Shown piece after piece: positions 10,025 to 20,173 of a DNA stretch of 64,000 bases. A model generated the notes under the pieces. The model was given only the letters and a program-made list of their open reading frames with translations, searched no databases and was not told the DNA's origin. Every line of letters begins with the position of its first letter. The stretch's first letter is position 1. The position numbers were made by a program, and so were the translations under genes. The DNA lies in assembly GCA_041650915.1 (NCBI GenBank), contig JBAZKE010000006.1:8961-72960 (forward strand), written 5' to 3'. This DNA comes from Patescibacteria group bacterium (lineage in GTDB: Bacteria > Patescibacteriota > Patescibacteriia > UBA10025 > JAHIVO01).

Positions 10025-10611
10025 ACCTGGATTCAGCAACGTTCCTGCAAATCGGCGAGCCCGTTGGCACTCCTGAGGGGCCCGGCGTCGTCGTGGACAT
10101 CGCGCTGAATCTAGCGAACTATGGCGGCGAATTGCAGATCGATCCGCCTGCCATTTCAGTAAAACTCGATTCAGGCAAAACCATACAGGCATGTCTCTGC
10201 AGCTTGGACTTCGGAGATCCAGACATCAATGCTGAAATTAGTCGAGAATTTGACCGTCTGTGGCCGCCCGTTGAATCCGTTCCAGAAGCTGGACTAGAGA
10301 GAACTGCCATCTCGCCTCGATACGATACAACGGTGTTGCTCGGCGAAACTCTAGAAGAGTTCGCGCCGGACGTTGCAGCCAAGGCAGCGGGTTTGGGTCT
10401 CGTGGACGCGATCAAAATCTACGATAAAGTCTATGCACCGCTAACGCGCGATCGACGTCCCGGTGAAGAGGTCATGCGCCTCGTTGAGCTGGAAAAGTAT
10501 TTGGTTATTGAAATGAATTCGATTCCCACCCACTATCGCGACACCATCGACACCTGGCTGATGCGGCAGTTTGAATTAAATGTCCGCTGGGTCGCTGTGC
10601 TACCCGCCTGA
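10015..10611 (+). CDS. hypothetical protein
   Basis: AAGGA RBS; GTG start. Confidence 0.6.
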   Translation: MPVDLDSATFLQIGEPVGTPEGPGVVVDIALNLANYGGELQIDPPAISVKLDSGKTIQACLCSLDFGDPDINAEISREFDRLWPPVESVPEAGLERTAISPRYDTTVLLGETLEEFAPDVAAKAAGLGLVDAIKIYDKVYAPLTRDRRPGEEVMRLVELEKYLVIEMNSIPTHYRDTIDTWLMRQFELNVRWVAVLPA

Positions 10612-10622
10612 TTCTTTTCTTC

Positions 10623-10640
10623 CACGTTAATTTATAGTAG
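10623..10640 (+). promoter_or_regulatory. putative phage late promoter
   Basis: CACGTTAATTTATAGTAG, intergenic. Confidence 0.65.
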
Positions 10641-10670
10641 TCCAAAACTCCTGCGAGTTGAGTTATCCCT

Positions 10671-11429
10671 ATGCCCAAACCCGGCGCGGTTATTACAAGC
10701 ATTCCCGGCTATGACGTCGGTTCCGGCGCCATTGTGTTGTCGTGGCGCAATAGTATTGCAAAACTATGGCTTCAAGATAAACAAAAAGTCGTAAGACTCA
10801 AGATTCCCGAGTCTATCGTCCCGAAAATCGAAGACTTTTCGCTCAGGGCGGCGCCGTCCATAATCGATCAATCCGTTGAACAGCGACCAGATCAAATCAC
10901 AGGGCTACCGAGTTTCTGGGGACCCCGAGACCCCAACTACCCATCGAGCCTCACGGATGTGTCATATAGACCACAACAATGGTGGAACCGCATGGTGGGG
11001 AGATGGGCCAAATTATTGAATAATTCCGCTGAGTTGCAGCGCCGAATCGCTTCTCTGAAAGGTGCAGAAATGCTAAATCCACAGTCAAAACCGCAGCGTA
11101 TCATGCACCTGGAACTCTGGACACCGGAGATGGAAAAGGACGCTGAGCTGGATAAAGAGACTTTGGTCAAGCTCACCCAGGAATGTTGGGATGAGTACGA
11201 GCACCTCCGAACCCGAAGTCACCCCAGATTCGGCCGAGGCTGGAATACCCGGATTGCGGAATTCCTGGTATTTTTCATCGCCGAGAATGAGCTTACCCGA
11301 GAAGAGCGCTGCTGCTTCCTAGAATTCATGAAGACCATCGGGCTGATTCAGGAAAATGATTGCATTGAGGTCAAGACGCTGATGTCGCAGTACCTGCCCG
11401 AGGCTATGCGGATCGAAATTCAGAAGTAA
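10671..11429 (+). CDS. hypothetical protein
   Basis: 252-aa ORF downstream of the motif. Confidence 0.65.
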   Translation: MPKPGAVITSIPGYDVGSGAIVLSWRNSIAKLWLQDKQKVVRLKIPESIVPKIEDFSLRAAPSIIDQSVEQRPDQITGLPSFWGPRDPNYPSSLTDVSYRPQQWWNRMVGRWAKLLNNSAELQRRIASLKGAEMLNPQSKPQRIMHLELWTPEMEKDAELDKETLVKLTQECWDEYEHLRTRSHPRFGRGWNTRIAEFLVFFIAENELTREERCCFLEFMKTIGLIQENDCIEVKTLMSQYLPEAMRIEIQK

Positions 11430-12847
11430 TGTTGTACCGCGGCCATCTATATCGTCTGGCTGGGTTAAGCGCCGCACCACGCAGCGCTGCGCCCAAGCTA
11501 GACCCCAAAGATAAGAAACTCACAGACGAGGATAAGAAACCTGTACTCGAAGCATGGCAGCCCCTGACGGACAAGCTCCTGGCACAGTATGAAATTAGAC
11601 CCAACGGGCCCATAGTGGTTACGCAGGAAGCCGATGGGTACGATTTAATCTATAGTATTGACCAGGTGTTCAATTCTCCAGCGTTCATTCGATTCGACGT
11701 CTCGACGGCCAAGAAAGCCATTCAAGAAATCCAGGTCCGGCTCATGTGCTCGCCGCCGCATTCATTCGTCGCGGCGCAACCGGCTCATGTCAAAGACCTC
11801 ATGATGGCATTGAAGACAATTTCAAAGTGCCAGAAGCGATCTGGTACATTCACGCCTCTCGACGAGAACGCCGCACAAAAGGAAGCCGAGGATTACGTCG
11901 AGAACACCATTATGTTCCTGGTGAACGCAGGCGTGGAAATAGATTTCACCAAGCAAGATGATGTCGTCGCGGCACTGGAAAAAGCCGACCTCGATGAAGG
12001 CGAAAAAGCCGCCGCGCAAGCCGCTGTTAAACAATGGGACCGCGACGAATATACAGCTTTTGTGAAGTTACTCCAGCAGCAAGCCGGGGAAATCATCAGT
12101 GTCCGGGAATCCATTTACAAGAAAGTCGCTGAGCTGACTCGGCACGAAGCCTTCGCCGTTAGCCCAGAAACCGTCAGAATCGAAGGCTACCATAACGGCG
12201 CCGCGGTCATTGGATTAGACGTACCTTGGCCCACCGTTCTGGAACTCACGGGACGCGGCGAAAACCTCAAACTCGTGAACTTCGCCACGACTATCTGCAG
12301 TGTGATTGTGAATTCCGGGCCCAATGAAAACTTAGCCAAAGCGCTTCTCACTGCGCAAGTGGATTTGATTCTCGCGGGCGACCGTGCGGCCAACCCGAGT
12401 CTCAGCAAGCCCACGACCGATAAGCTCAATTGGACCGACGAGCAAGTCCAGGAGTTCTTGAAGACGGGCGTTGGCTTGTTGGCACACAGGGTGGATTTGA
12501 AACAGCCACGCAACAACGACCTCACGAGCGTCGTCGTGGACAATAAAGTAATTGAATCGTATGAAAAGGGACCGGAGAATCAAATCGAAAGAAACGCAAA
12601 AGAATATCGTGCTAGCGTTCAGCGGCAGCTAAATAGTAGAAAGCCGGCCTACTGGTTTACATATTATGAAAACGATAATAAAGTAGAAGTTCACGCTACT
12701 GGAAACGGTAAAATCGTCAAAACTTTCCAAAATATTCCGCATCGATTCGACTATGATCTGGATAAACTCCCCATGGAGACAGCGCAACGACCAGATCAAG
12801 AGAAGCCGCAAAAGAAAAGAAGCGTGAGAACTCGCGCCAGACAGTAA
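11429..12847 (+). CDS. hypothetical protein with N-terminal tag (MLYRGHLYRLA)
   Basis: TAATG coupling; 472 aa. Confidence 0.7.
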   Translation: MLYRGHLYRLAGLSAAPRSAAPKLDPKDKKLTDEDKKPVLEAWQPLTDKLLAQYEIRPNGPIVVTQEADGYDLIYSIDQVFNSPAFIRFDVSTAKKAIQEIQVRLMCSPPHSFVAAQPAHVKDLMMALKTISKCQKRSGTFTPLDENAAQKEAEDYVENTIMFLVNAGVEIDFTKQDDVVAALEKADLDEGEKAAAQAAVKQWDRDEYTAFVKLLQQQAGEIISVRESIYKKVAELTRHEAFAVSPETVRIEGYHNGAAVIGLDVPWPTVLELTGRGENLKLVNFATTICSVIVNSGPNENLAKALLTAQVDLILAGDRAANPSLSKPTTDKLNWTDEQVQEFLKTGVGLLAHRVDLKQPRNNDLTSVVVDNKVIESYEKGPENQIERNAKEYRASVQRQLNSRKPAYWFTYYENDNKVEVHATGNGKIVKTFQNIPHRFDYDLDKLPMETAQRPDQEKPQKKRSVRTRARQ

Positions 12848-12856
12848 AACATCTGC

Positions 12857-14059
12857 ATGAAAATTACACCGGAAATCATGGCGGAGTGCAAGCATTACCC
12901 AGATGGTACTATAGGTGTACGAAATCGTAGCGGCAGAATGATAAAGTATGAATGCTGCGCGTCCTGTGCTGGGTGCGGCGAACCATTTTTATCTGAACAT
13001 TTCTACAAAAACGGACAGCGCGTTTTTAACACGTATTGCTCTGTTTCTTGTAGAAGTAAAAATATGGTTCTTTCCGACGAAACACACCACAAAATGGTGG
13101 TGTCGCATCTCGGTAAACCTGTTTCACCAGAAACGCGTAGGAAGTTAAGCGCAGCGTCTCGTGGTAGACCAATGCCCCTGCACGTGTCGGCTGTATTGCA
13201 CTCACCAGAGGCCAAACTAAAAGCCAGAGCAGGGCGAGACGCCCACGTGGCACTGCATGGTGGAAATTTAAAACCAGCACAGCATGCTGCTAAACACAAC
13301 CACTACCGACACTATATAAATAAAGCGGCAAACCGCGGTTTGATTTTTGAACTGACTAAAGATGAATTCTTAGACATAACATCTAAGCCTTGTCATTACT
13401 GCGGTGTAGCATCCAGCATCACAGTTAAAAATCATGCTTGCTGCACCACAGATGGTTTTTATGTCTGCAATGGCGTAGATCGCGTGGATTCAAGCAAAGG
13501 ATATACGCTGGATAACGTGGTTCCGTGCTGCACCCAGTGTAACATAGCAAAGTTAAATAAAAATATCGCTGAGTTTTTAATTTGGGTACTGAAAACGGAT
13601 TTGTTTTTACGTAATAAACCCACTAGTTTAACTTATTTCGGAGACATCATTGAGGCACAGCAGAGCGTTATGCGCGTTGTATTTGGTGAGCATAAGCGTA
13701 GGCGTAAGCACGGCAGTAAAGATTATATAGTCAGCACGCTGAGCATAATTGATTTTGCACGCCTAATAAGAACGCAATGCTTCTACTGCGGTGGAGGGTT
13801 ATCTAACGCGCGTGCACGCACTTACGGGCGTAACAGAAAACGTCCGGCTGATGGTGTAGTGCTGGAATACAATGGTTTGGACAGAATAGACCCCGATGGT
13901 GGCTATACCCTGGAAAATGTGGTTCCGTGTTGTGCAACGTGCAATAGAGCTAAATTAGATTACTCACAGGACGAATTCTATACCTGGGTAACACGCGTAG
14001 CCAACCACATTAGAAATACGCCAGAACTGTTTGATTTGGTCTCGTCCCATCTTTGTTAG
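12857..14059 (+). CDS. homing endonuclease with tandem His-Me (HNH-like) domains and NUMOD3-like repeat
   Basis: Two copies of C.YCG...NG.DR.D...GYTL.NVVPCC..CN.AK; PVSPETRRKLS; AT-richer than flanks. Confidence 0.75.
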   Translation: MKITPEIMAECKHYPDGTIGVRNRSGRMIKYECCASCAGCGEPFLSEHFYKNGQRVFNTYCSVSCRSKNMVLSDETHHKMVVSHLGKPVSPETRRKLSAASRGRPMPLHVSAVLHSPEAKLKARAGRDAHVALHGGNLKPAQHAAKHNHYRHYINKAANRGLIFELTKDEFLDITSKPCHYCGVASSITVKNHACCTTDGFYVCNGVDRVDSSKGYTLDNVVPCCTQCNIAKLNKNIAEFLIWVLKTDLFLRNKPTSLTYFGDIIEAQQSVMRVVFGEHKRRRKHGSKDYIVSTLSIIDFARLIRTQCFYCGGGLSNARARTYGRNRKRPADGVVLEYNGLDRIDPDGGYTLENVVPCCATCNRAKLDYSQDEFYTWVTRVANHIRNTPELFDLVSSHLC

Positions 14060-14083
14060 TTTGCCGAACTTCAGGAGCCCAGA

Positions 14084-15586
14084 ATGCTCAAAGAGACAAT
14101 CATTTCGAGAAATTCGCTGGGTGCAACTCAGCTCACGCATAACATTGTAGCCAATACTTATGGCAGCGCTCCGACACTTGCAACGGATGGTTTCTACATC
14201 CGCTGCGCGGCGTCTCGCAACTACGATGCCTATGAGGCATTGTTCAGTTTCGACGGTACCGCTACCATCCTGACCAAGGCCGTCGTGAGGCCGTGGTTTT
14301 GGGTGCCGGACCACGATCCCGGCGCGGCTGGCGGCACCTGGCTGGCCGGCAAGTTCATGGAGAACATTTCAACGGGCGCTGGTAGCACTGATGTATTTGC
14401 TGCGGTCAGGAGAATCAATAGCGTCCCGGTAGCGGCTACCCGCTGCTATCTCCAGGTCGTCAGTGTTGTGGGGTTCATTCCCGTTGACCTATACATGACG
14501 GTCATGGGGATTGAAGGTATTGTTGCCGAAGTCGACATGACGGATGTCTCGGTTGAATTGGACGTCGGGGACGTCTCGGTTATGGCACCGTTCACTCAGG
14601 CAACCCATACTACGCCCGTATCGTTCACGGCGGCATTCGCGACTGCAAACACGATTCTCTGTGCTTCGGCGCCGTTCGTGATCGATGAGGCTAACTGCCG
14701 GGTAGTATTTGTGTTGTACCGACACGTCGGTGACCTGTGGTCGGCCCCGTTGGTCAATGGCATTGGCGGCGTATCACTGACAGCCGCCGCCAACGTCATC
14801 ACGCTGGCCGGTACTGCTGGGGCCCCGCTGCTCGCAGGTGATGAACTGTGGGTTGGGGTGCAGCAGCGCCCAGTGTCGGGTGGTGGGGGCGGCGCAGCCG
14901 GTGGCGGCGACGCTATTTACACTTCCCCAAACGATTTCTCGGTTACGTTTTTGGCGCCTACGCAGTTGACCCTCACGGGACTGTCGTACACCCCGACGTT
15001 GGGACAATTCGTTTCGGTGTACTATGTTGACGTGGCCGGTATGGCCAAGACTCTAACGCCCGACACCAACGCGTTCGCCTGGAATTCAGGGACCGGAATT
15101 CTGACCGTCACGTCCGCTACTTTTGCGGCAACTGATTCATACCGCGTTATGGTATTCGGCCCCGACAAATCTCTGGACCTCGCCAGTAACTCAAAACGAA
15201 CAGCAGAAATTAGCCCCGCAAATCTCTACGCCACTACCGAACCCCTGGTGGACGCCACTAACGTTGGAGCCGGAACCGTATATTACCCGAGCGACACGGG
15301 TGGTGATATGTTAGGTTACGGTGGATTGTGCCTACAGATGGTTACAAGTGGAGGTGTTACGACGACCGTAGAAGTGACGAACGACACGGCCGCGGTCCCT
15401 GACTGGCTGGACATCACGTTGGCGGGCGACGATCTGTGTCTGCGGTCATGGGCTGCCAGCTATGTAGATCGATCCACCATGGTGGACTTCGACAATCTGA
15501 ACGTCCGGGCATTTCGCATCAAGTCAATAACGGCCGATGCGTCCAACGCTGTCCAGTACAACATCCGTCGCAAGGCCGTCAGCTAA
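14084..15586 (+). CDS. virion structural protein (appendage/fibre-like)
   Basis: Thr/Val/Gly/Ala-rich with internal repeat and Gly linker; start of structural cluster. Confidence 0.55.
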   Translation: MLKETIISRNSLGATQLTHNIVANTYGSAPTLATDGFYIRCAASRNYDAYEALFSFDGTATILTKAVVRPWFWVPDHDPGAAGGTWLAGKFMENISTGAGSTDVFAAVRRINSVPVAATRCYLQVVSVVGFIPVDLYMTVMGIEGIVAEVDMTDVSVELDVGDVSVMAPFTQATHTTPVSFTAAFATANTILCASAPFVIDEANCRVVFVLYRHVGDLWSAPLVNGIGGVSLTAAANVITLAGTAGAPLLAGDELWVGVQQRPVSGGGGGAAGGGDAIYTSPNDFSVTFLAPTQLTLTGLSYTPTLGQFVSVYYVDVAGMAKTLTPDTNAFAWNSGTGILTVTSATFAATDSYRVMVFGPDKSLDLASNSKRTAEISPANLYATTEPLVDATNVGAGTVYYPSDTGGDMLGYGGLCLQMVTSGGVTTTVEVTNDTAAVPDWLDITLAGDDLCLRSWAASYVDRSTMVDFDNLNVRAFRIKSITADASNAVQYNIRRKAVS

Positions 15587-15596
15587 TAGGTGCAGC

Positions 15597-15878
15597 ATGA
15601 TTCTTTACCCGAAAAACTACGTTGAGAAGCCGTCGACCGAGAAGCCAGCGCAGGACAGCAAACCGGCTATTCTGCTCATCAAGGCCTTGGCAGATAAAGA
15701 TGCCGTGACTTACGAGGAAGCCGTCAAGGCCGTGATGGTGGCGGAGAAACAGGCAGGCCGTTATTGGACCAACGATGAGGTCTGCGAGATGGTCAAGGCC
15801 GTGGATAATGAGTGGCACGGCGACGGGAAACCAGCGGCCGTGGAAATGCTGGTCGAAGACAAAGGAAAAGTGAAATAA
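15597..15878 (+). CDS. hypothetical protein
   Basis: AGGT RBS then ATG 15597 (MILYPK). Confidence 0.6.
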   Translation: MILYPKNYVEKPSTEKPAQDSKPAILLIKALADKDAVTYEEAVKAVMVAEKQAGRYWTNDEVCEMVKAVDNEWHGDGKPAAVEMLVEDKGKVK

Positions 15879-16279
15879 TGCGCCCCTGCACGTCTTTGCT
15901 ACGTAATAAAGAAGTCACGCTGGATCTCACGCAGGCCGCTGCCCCCACAACCTATGATGCCCTGACGGCCACCGGCGACGTCATGATCATGGGCATAAAC
16001 GCGTACGTCCAAACTGCTGGTGGCGGCGATCTGACGTCTGTCTCGATCCAGACTAATCAAACCACACCATTGGTACTGCTGACCGCCGGCCAAGGCGCGG
16101 TGGCCAATCTACTGGCCCAGAGCCACCCGACCTCCACCATGCAGACTTTGGTGGCGCCTTGGACGTTGCGGTCGGGCCAGAAGGTGCAGTACACCTTGAC
16201 GGCCGCAGGTGGGGCCCACACGGGCTCCATGCGACTATTCTGCTCCTATATGCCAATTAGTCCCGGAGCTACTTTGTAG
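15878..16279 (+). CDS. putative structural protein
   Basis: TAATG coupling; beta-rich composition. Confidence 0.55.
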   Translation: MRPCTSLLRNKEVTLDLTQAAAPTTYDALTATGDVMIMGINAYVQTAGGGDLTSVSIQTNQTTPLVLLTAGQGAVANLLAQSHPTSTMQTLVAPWTLRSGQKVQYTLTAAGGAHTGSMRLFCSYMPISPGATL

Positions 16280-16293
16280 AGTAGAGGTGCGGC

Positions 16294-16890
16294 ATGATTG
16301 GTGCAATGTTCCCGGGTTGGGAAGATCTTCGAATCACAGCTTTTGAACCAAATAGCGGGGCCGATGCTCCGCAGTTGATTCAGTTTCCTGCTGCCACGAC
16401 CTACGCGCCTCAGGTTTGGAGATTCCAGAACGTGGGGTCGGTGAATTTCTTGAACGCCGTGTCCCAGATGAGCCATGGTGTTGACCTGACGCAACCGGCT
16501 TACCTGCATCTACATCTCAGCAACGACGCCATCATGGTGGAAGGCGCCATCATTGGGCTGTTTGTCGCGTTGAATGTTTGCACCATTGGTGGGGTCTGGG
16601 GAACCGAAGAGATCTACTGGTGCAGCTATACGGTGCCGGCCGGCGGCATCGCGGCCAAGACGCACATCAAAACACCAGATGTTCCAATTTCGGCCGCACT
16701 ACAGGCCAAGATGGGCAATAGTTCGGCCATTTTGATCAGTGTGTTTCGGGACAAAGATACTGTGGTCGCGACCCAGAACGCCGGGGCCGTGACCGAGACC
16801 CTGAATGACGAAGTCTGGTTCTTGGAATGCGACTTCCACTTCTTCAAGTACCGAGGCGGTAGCCAGAATCATGCGGCTCCGTTTGCTTAG
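16294..16890 (+). CDS. putative structural protein
   Basis: GAGGT RBS; in structural cluster. Confidence 0.55.
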   Translation: MIGAMFPGWEDLRITAFEPNSGADAPQLIQFPAATTYAPQVWRFQNVGSVNFLNAVSQMSHGVDLTQPAYLHLHLSNDAIMVEGAIIGLFVALNVCTIGGVWGTEEIYWCSYTVPAGGIAAKTHIKTPDVPISAALQAKMGNSSAILISVFRDKDTVVATQNAGAVTETLNDEVWFLECDFHFFKYRGGSQNHAAPFA

Positions 16891-16948
16891 TAGTTTGTCC
16901 GCAGTGCAAATTAGACTAAATGATCAGTAGACAATATAAAGGTGACGC

Positions 16949-18181
16949 ATGTTGATAACACCTACATCGGAAAAAATGAGGGGCTTGGTCGACCTTATTG
17001 ATCTGACCGACCCCGTCGCGATAGCGCAAAGGGGCGGCACCGTCACGGGAGCGCTGCAATTTGATGCTGTGAAAGGGGCCTACCTGGATGGCGTCAACGA
17101 CTACGTCCGATATCCTGTCGGTACCCAGGTGTTCGGGGCTCCGGGTGTCTGGTCAGTAGTAATTGAGTGTACTCCGGGGTTTGAAGCCAATGACGCCGGC
17201 ATACATTATTTTATATATGGATCAGCTACATCGCGTTTGTACCACTCGGCAGGCAATCTGCTCTTCCGCATGGGGACTACATTTTATATAACTGCTGCGT
17301 ATGCGGCATATGCGGCATATTGGAAAACAAACCAACGCAACGTAATCGTGTATACGGCAATAAACGGAAGTCCAAAGCTTTACCTAAACGGCAATCTTGT
17401 TGTTACGACAAACATACAGGTAACCGCAGAAAATTTATCTTCATTGTATGTTGGATCTGACAATAGCGGATCCGGCAAGTTCCTCGGACATATCCATAGT
17501 ATCAAATTCTTCAAGGGCACCGTTGCGGCCGATCTCCTGACCGCCGGGGAGGCGGCCTCATTTTACGACCGGTCGACTTACACGTTTCGCAGTCGCGCAA
17601 TCTGCTGCCTGCCCATGGGCGCAGAACAGCACGATCCGGTCAATAATCTCGTTCGTGACACCAGTGGACGGGGCAACCACTTCACCTTGGGCGACGGCAC
17701 CGCGGCAACCAAACCGACCAAGTTGGCGACCCGGGGCTATAGTTTTGACGGTGGGGATTATCTAAAAGCAAACTACAACATCATAAATGGAACCCCGTGG
17801 ACAGCCTGTATGTTGGTGTCTATCACAGGTTCTAACTATTTGTTTGGTGCATATACTGGCGCGGCAGAAGTAAGGGTGAATAAGGCAATAGGAACGCCTG
17901 CTGTGCTTTTCACCACATTGGGTGCTGGCGACGTTTACACATACGACAACAAAATATCTACTAACGCAACCACAATAGTTAATGACCGGGCTTTGTCATT
18001 TATTACATTTAGTGACACCGACTGTGCATACTCGTCTGTAGTGAACATCATGAGTCGGTATAACAATTCGGGTCCAGCAACAGGGAACGTATATTATTTT
18101 TCACTATACCCGTTTGTTCTGACCTATCTACAACGATTCGACGAATATCAATATGCCTTGCAAAACCTGGGGAAAATCTAA
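16949..18181 (+). CDS. LamG/concanavalin-A-like domain virion protein
   Basis: LDGVNDYV, KLYLNG, LYVGSD...F.GHI, DTSGRGNH, YSFDGGDY motifs. Confidence 0.7.
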   Translation: MLITPTSEKMRGLVDLIDLTDPVAIAQRGGTVTGALQFDAVKGAYLDGVNDYVRYPVGTQVFGAPGVWSVVIECTPGFEANDAGIHYFIYGSATSRLYHSAGNLLFRMGTTFYITAAYAAYAAYWKTNQRNVIVYTAINGSPKLYLNGNLVVTTNIQVTAENLSSLYVGSDNSGSGKFLGHIHSIKFFKGTVAADLLTAGEAASFYDRSTYTFRSRAICCLPMGAEQHDPVNNLVRDTSGRGNHFTLGDGTAATKPTKLATRGYSFDGGDYLKANYNIINGTPWTACMLVSITGSNYLFGAYTGAAEVRVNKAIGTPAVLFTTLGAGDVYTYDNKISTNATTIVNDRALSFITFSDTDCAYSSVVNIMSRYNNSGPATGNVYYFSLYPFVLTYLQRFDEYQYALQNLGKI

Positions 18182-20137
18182 ATGTCTAACGTGATCACCT
18201 TGCTCCGGGCCGAGGGTTCCCTGGTAGGGTATTTCGACTTTAGGTCCGGCACCATTCAGGATTGGTCGGGCCGGGGAAATCACGGGACGTTTACCTCAAC
18301 ACCCTACTTCACTCGTGACGGTTTGGATTTTGGGACCGGAAACTCCCGGTACGTTAATGTTCCTGACAGTGACAACCTGCGATTGACGACCGGGTGTCTC
18401 GTGGGATTCGCGGCCGGGGGTGGTATTAGGCAAGTAGCCAATGCGGCGTTTGTGTTCAAACGAGCCGCAACAATTGAATATAGCCTTAATTTAACTGCAT
18501 TGGCTATCGTCACCGACGGCACGGTTGGAACGAATATCACCTATACGCTTCCTTCCAATACCAAATACGTTGCGGCCAACATCACCAACGGCGCTAAATC
18601 AAACTTCTATGTCAATGGTCTTTACATTGGTGACAGTTCCAGCAACCTGACGCTGACCCCCTCGAATCAGGCCGTGAGGCTGGGAAATTTCGTCGATACC
18701 GTGACCAAGGTATCGGCTGTCCTGATTATCAACCGACCCTTGACCGCCACAGAACATTCCGCGCTGTTCAGTGAGCTTTCGGCCGCCACTTGGCCTGCCC
18801 TGACCCGTTGCATCAGCTATGTCGACACAAAGCCCCGGGTTCCGGATACTGGATTAGTGGCGGCATGGGATTTCGGGGCCCTGCAGAACGGCAAGGTTGT
18901 GGATCTGACGGGTCATGGTTATGACGCCACGGCCTTTGGTGTCGTGACGGAGCAGACCCCCTGGGGCCGCGGTGTCCGGGGCAACGGGACCAGCTCCTAC
19001 CTGCAGACCGGAAACGTCGACCTCAGCACCACCGATAAGGTCACGGTCGTGATGGTCGCGAAACCCCGAGATCTTGCTGTGTCGGCTGCAATGGTTGAGT
19101 TGTCGACCGGTTTTCCATCAGCCACTGATGGTCTTGCCCTGTACGGTGGGTCCAGCAACGTGAACGCCGGTTTGCGTGGCAATACCGGAACTTGCCTTGC
19201 TTCTACTGCCGCCATGACCTCCGGTGTGCCGTTGATGATCGTGGGTGTATTTGATAAATCGCTGGCCACTAACGAGTGCACCGTTTACCTCAATGGATTT
19301 GATGCCACGGCTACCCGGACCGACCTCAACAATACCAATTTGTTTGGAAACAAACCATTCTATTTCTTGGCCCGTGGAGGAGCCTCGCTGTTCTCGAATG
19401 CCTGGTTGAAAAGCTGTGCTGTCTACAACCGTGCCTTTACGGCCGCAGAAGTCCGGGCCACCTGGGATGCCAGCGGCCTGAAGTCTGCCGGCTGGTCCAC
19501 AGACTTTGGGGTTCCCGTGAGTGTTGCGGCGCGGGGCGGAACCGCGGGCCAGCAACTCGAAACCACAGATTTCAAGTTCCTGACCTCGACACCTCGGTAT
19601 AGTGTCGCGACATCGACTATTTCCGGCACGGTCGTCAAAACGATCTCGTGTTCGACCGCTGGTCCTTTGTTCCTGGGTTCTCCGTCCCTGGGCCAGACCC
19701 CCACAGAAGCAGCCTATGGTCAGTGGAGTTGTTGGTTCAATAAGTCGGCCGGTGGGGTAATCGATTGGATGCCGGTCGCCAGTGACAAGATTGCGCCGGC
19801 AACCGCCGGGAACAACGGCTACCTGCTCCGCATTGATGCCAGTGAAAAAGTTTGGTTCTATAAGAACAATGGCGTGACCTTGACGCAACTATTTGCCACG
19901 GGCAATGACTACATCGTAGCATCGACTTGGTACGGCTTGAGATTGGCCCGCAGTTATGCTGGCGCCTGGACCTTGCAGATCATCGGCGGGGCTTTCACGG
20001 GCTGGACCACTGTCGGAGGCGCCACCAACAACGACTATGTTGTGTCGGGTTACCAAATCTGGGATGTAGATTCGAGTGATTTGCTGAGTATCGGAAGTTG
20101 TTGCGGGAAATATCAGTACAGGAAATCAATAGCGTGA
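18182..20137 (+). CDS. multi-LamG domain virion protein (putative receptor-binding)
   Basis: DWSGRGNHGTF, FYVNG, NRPLTATE, DLTGHGYDA, VYLNG, YNRAFTAAEV motifs. Confidence 0.7.
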   Translation: MSNVITLLRAEGSLVGYFDFRSGTIQDWSGRGNHGTFTSTPYFTRDGLDFGTGNSRYVNVPDSDNLRLTTGCLVGFAAGGGIRQVANAAFVFKRAATIEYSLNLTALAIVTDGTVGTNITYTLPSNTKYVAANITNGAKSNFYVNGLYIGDSSSNLTLTPSNQAVRLGNFVDTVTKVSAVLIINRPLTATEHSALFSELSAATWPALTRCISYVDTKPRVPDTGLVAAWDFGALQNGKVVDLTGHGYDATAFGVVTEQTPWGRGVRGNGTSSYLQTGNVDLSTTDKVTVVMVAKPRDLAVSAAMVELSTGFPSATDGLALYGGSSNVNAGLRGNTGTCLASTAAMTSGVPLMIVGVFDKSLATNECTVYLNGFDATATRTDLNNTNLFGNKPFYFLARGGASLFSNAWLKSCAVYNRAFTAAEVRATWDASGLKSAGWSTDFGVPVSVAARGGTAGQQLETTDFKFLTSTPRYSVATSTISGTVVKTISCSTAGPLFLGSPSLGQTPTEAAYGQWSCWFNKSAGGVIDWMPVASDKIAPATAGNNGYLLRIDASEKVWFYKNNGVTLTQLFATGNDYIVASTWYGLRLARSYAGAWTLQIIGGAFTGWTTVGGATNNDYVVSGYQIWDVDSSDLLSIGSCCGKYQYRKSIA

Positions 20138-20173
20138 TGTCGAAACATCAATACTGGACCGCGAGGAACCAAC

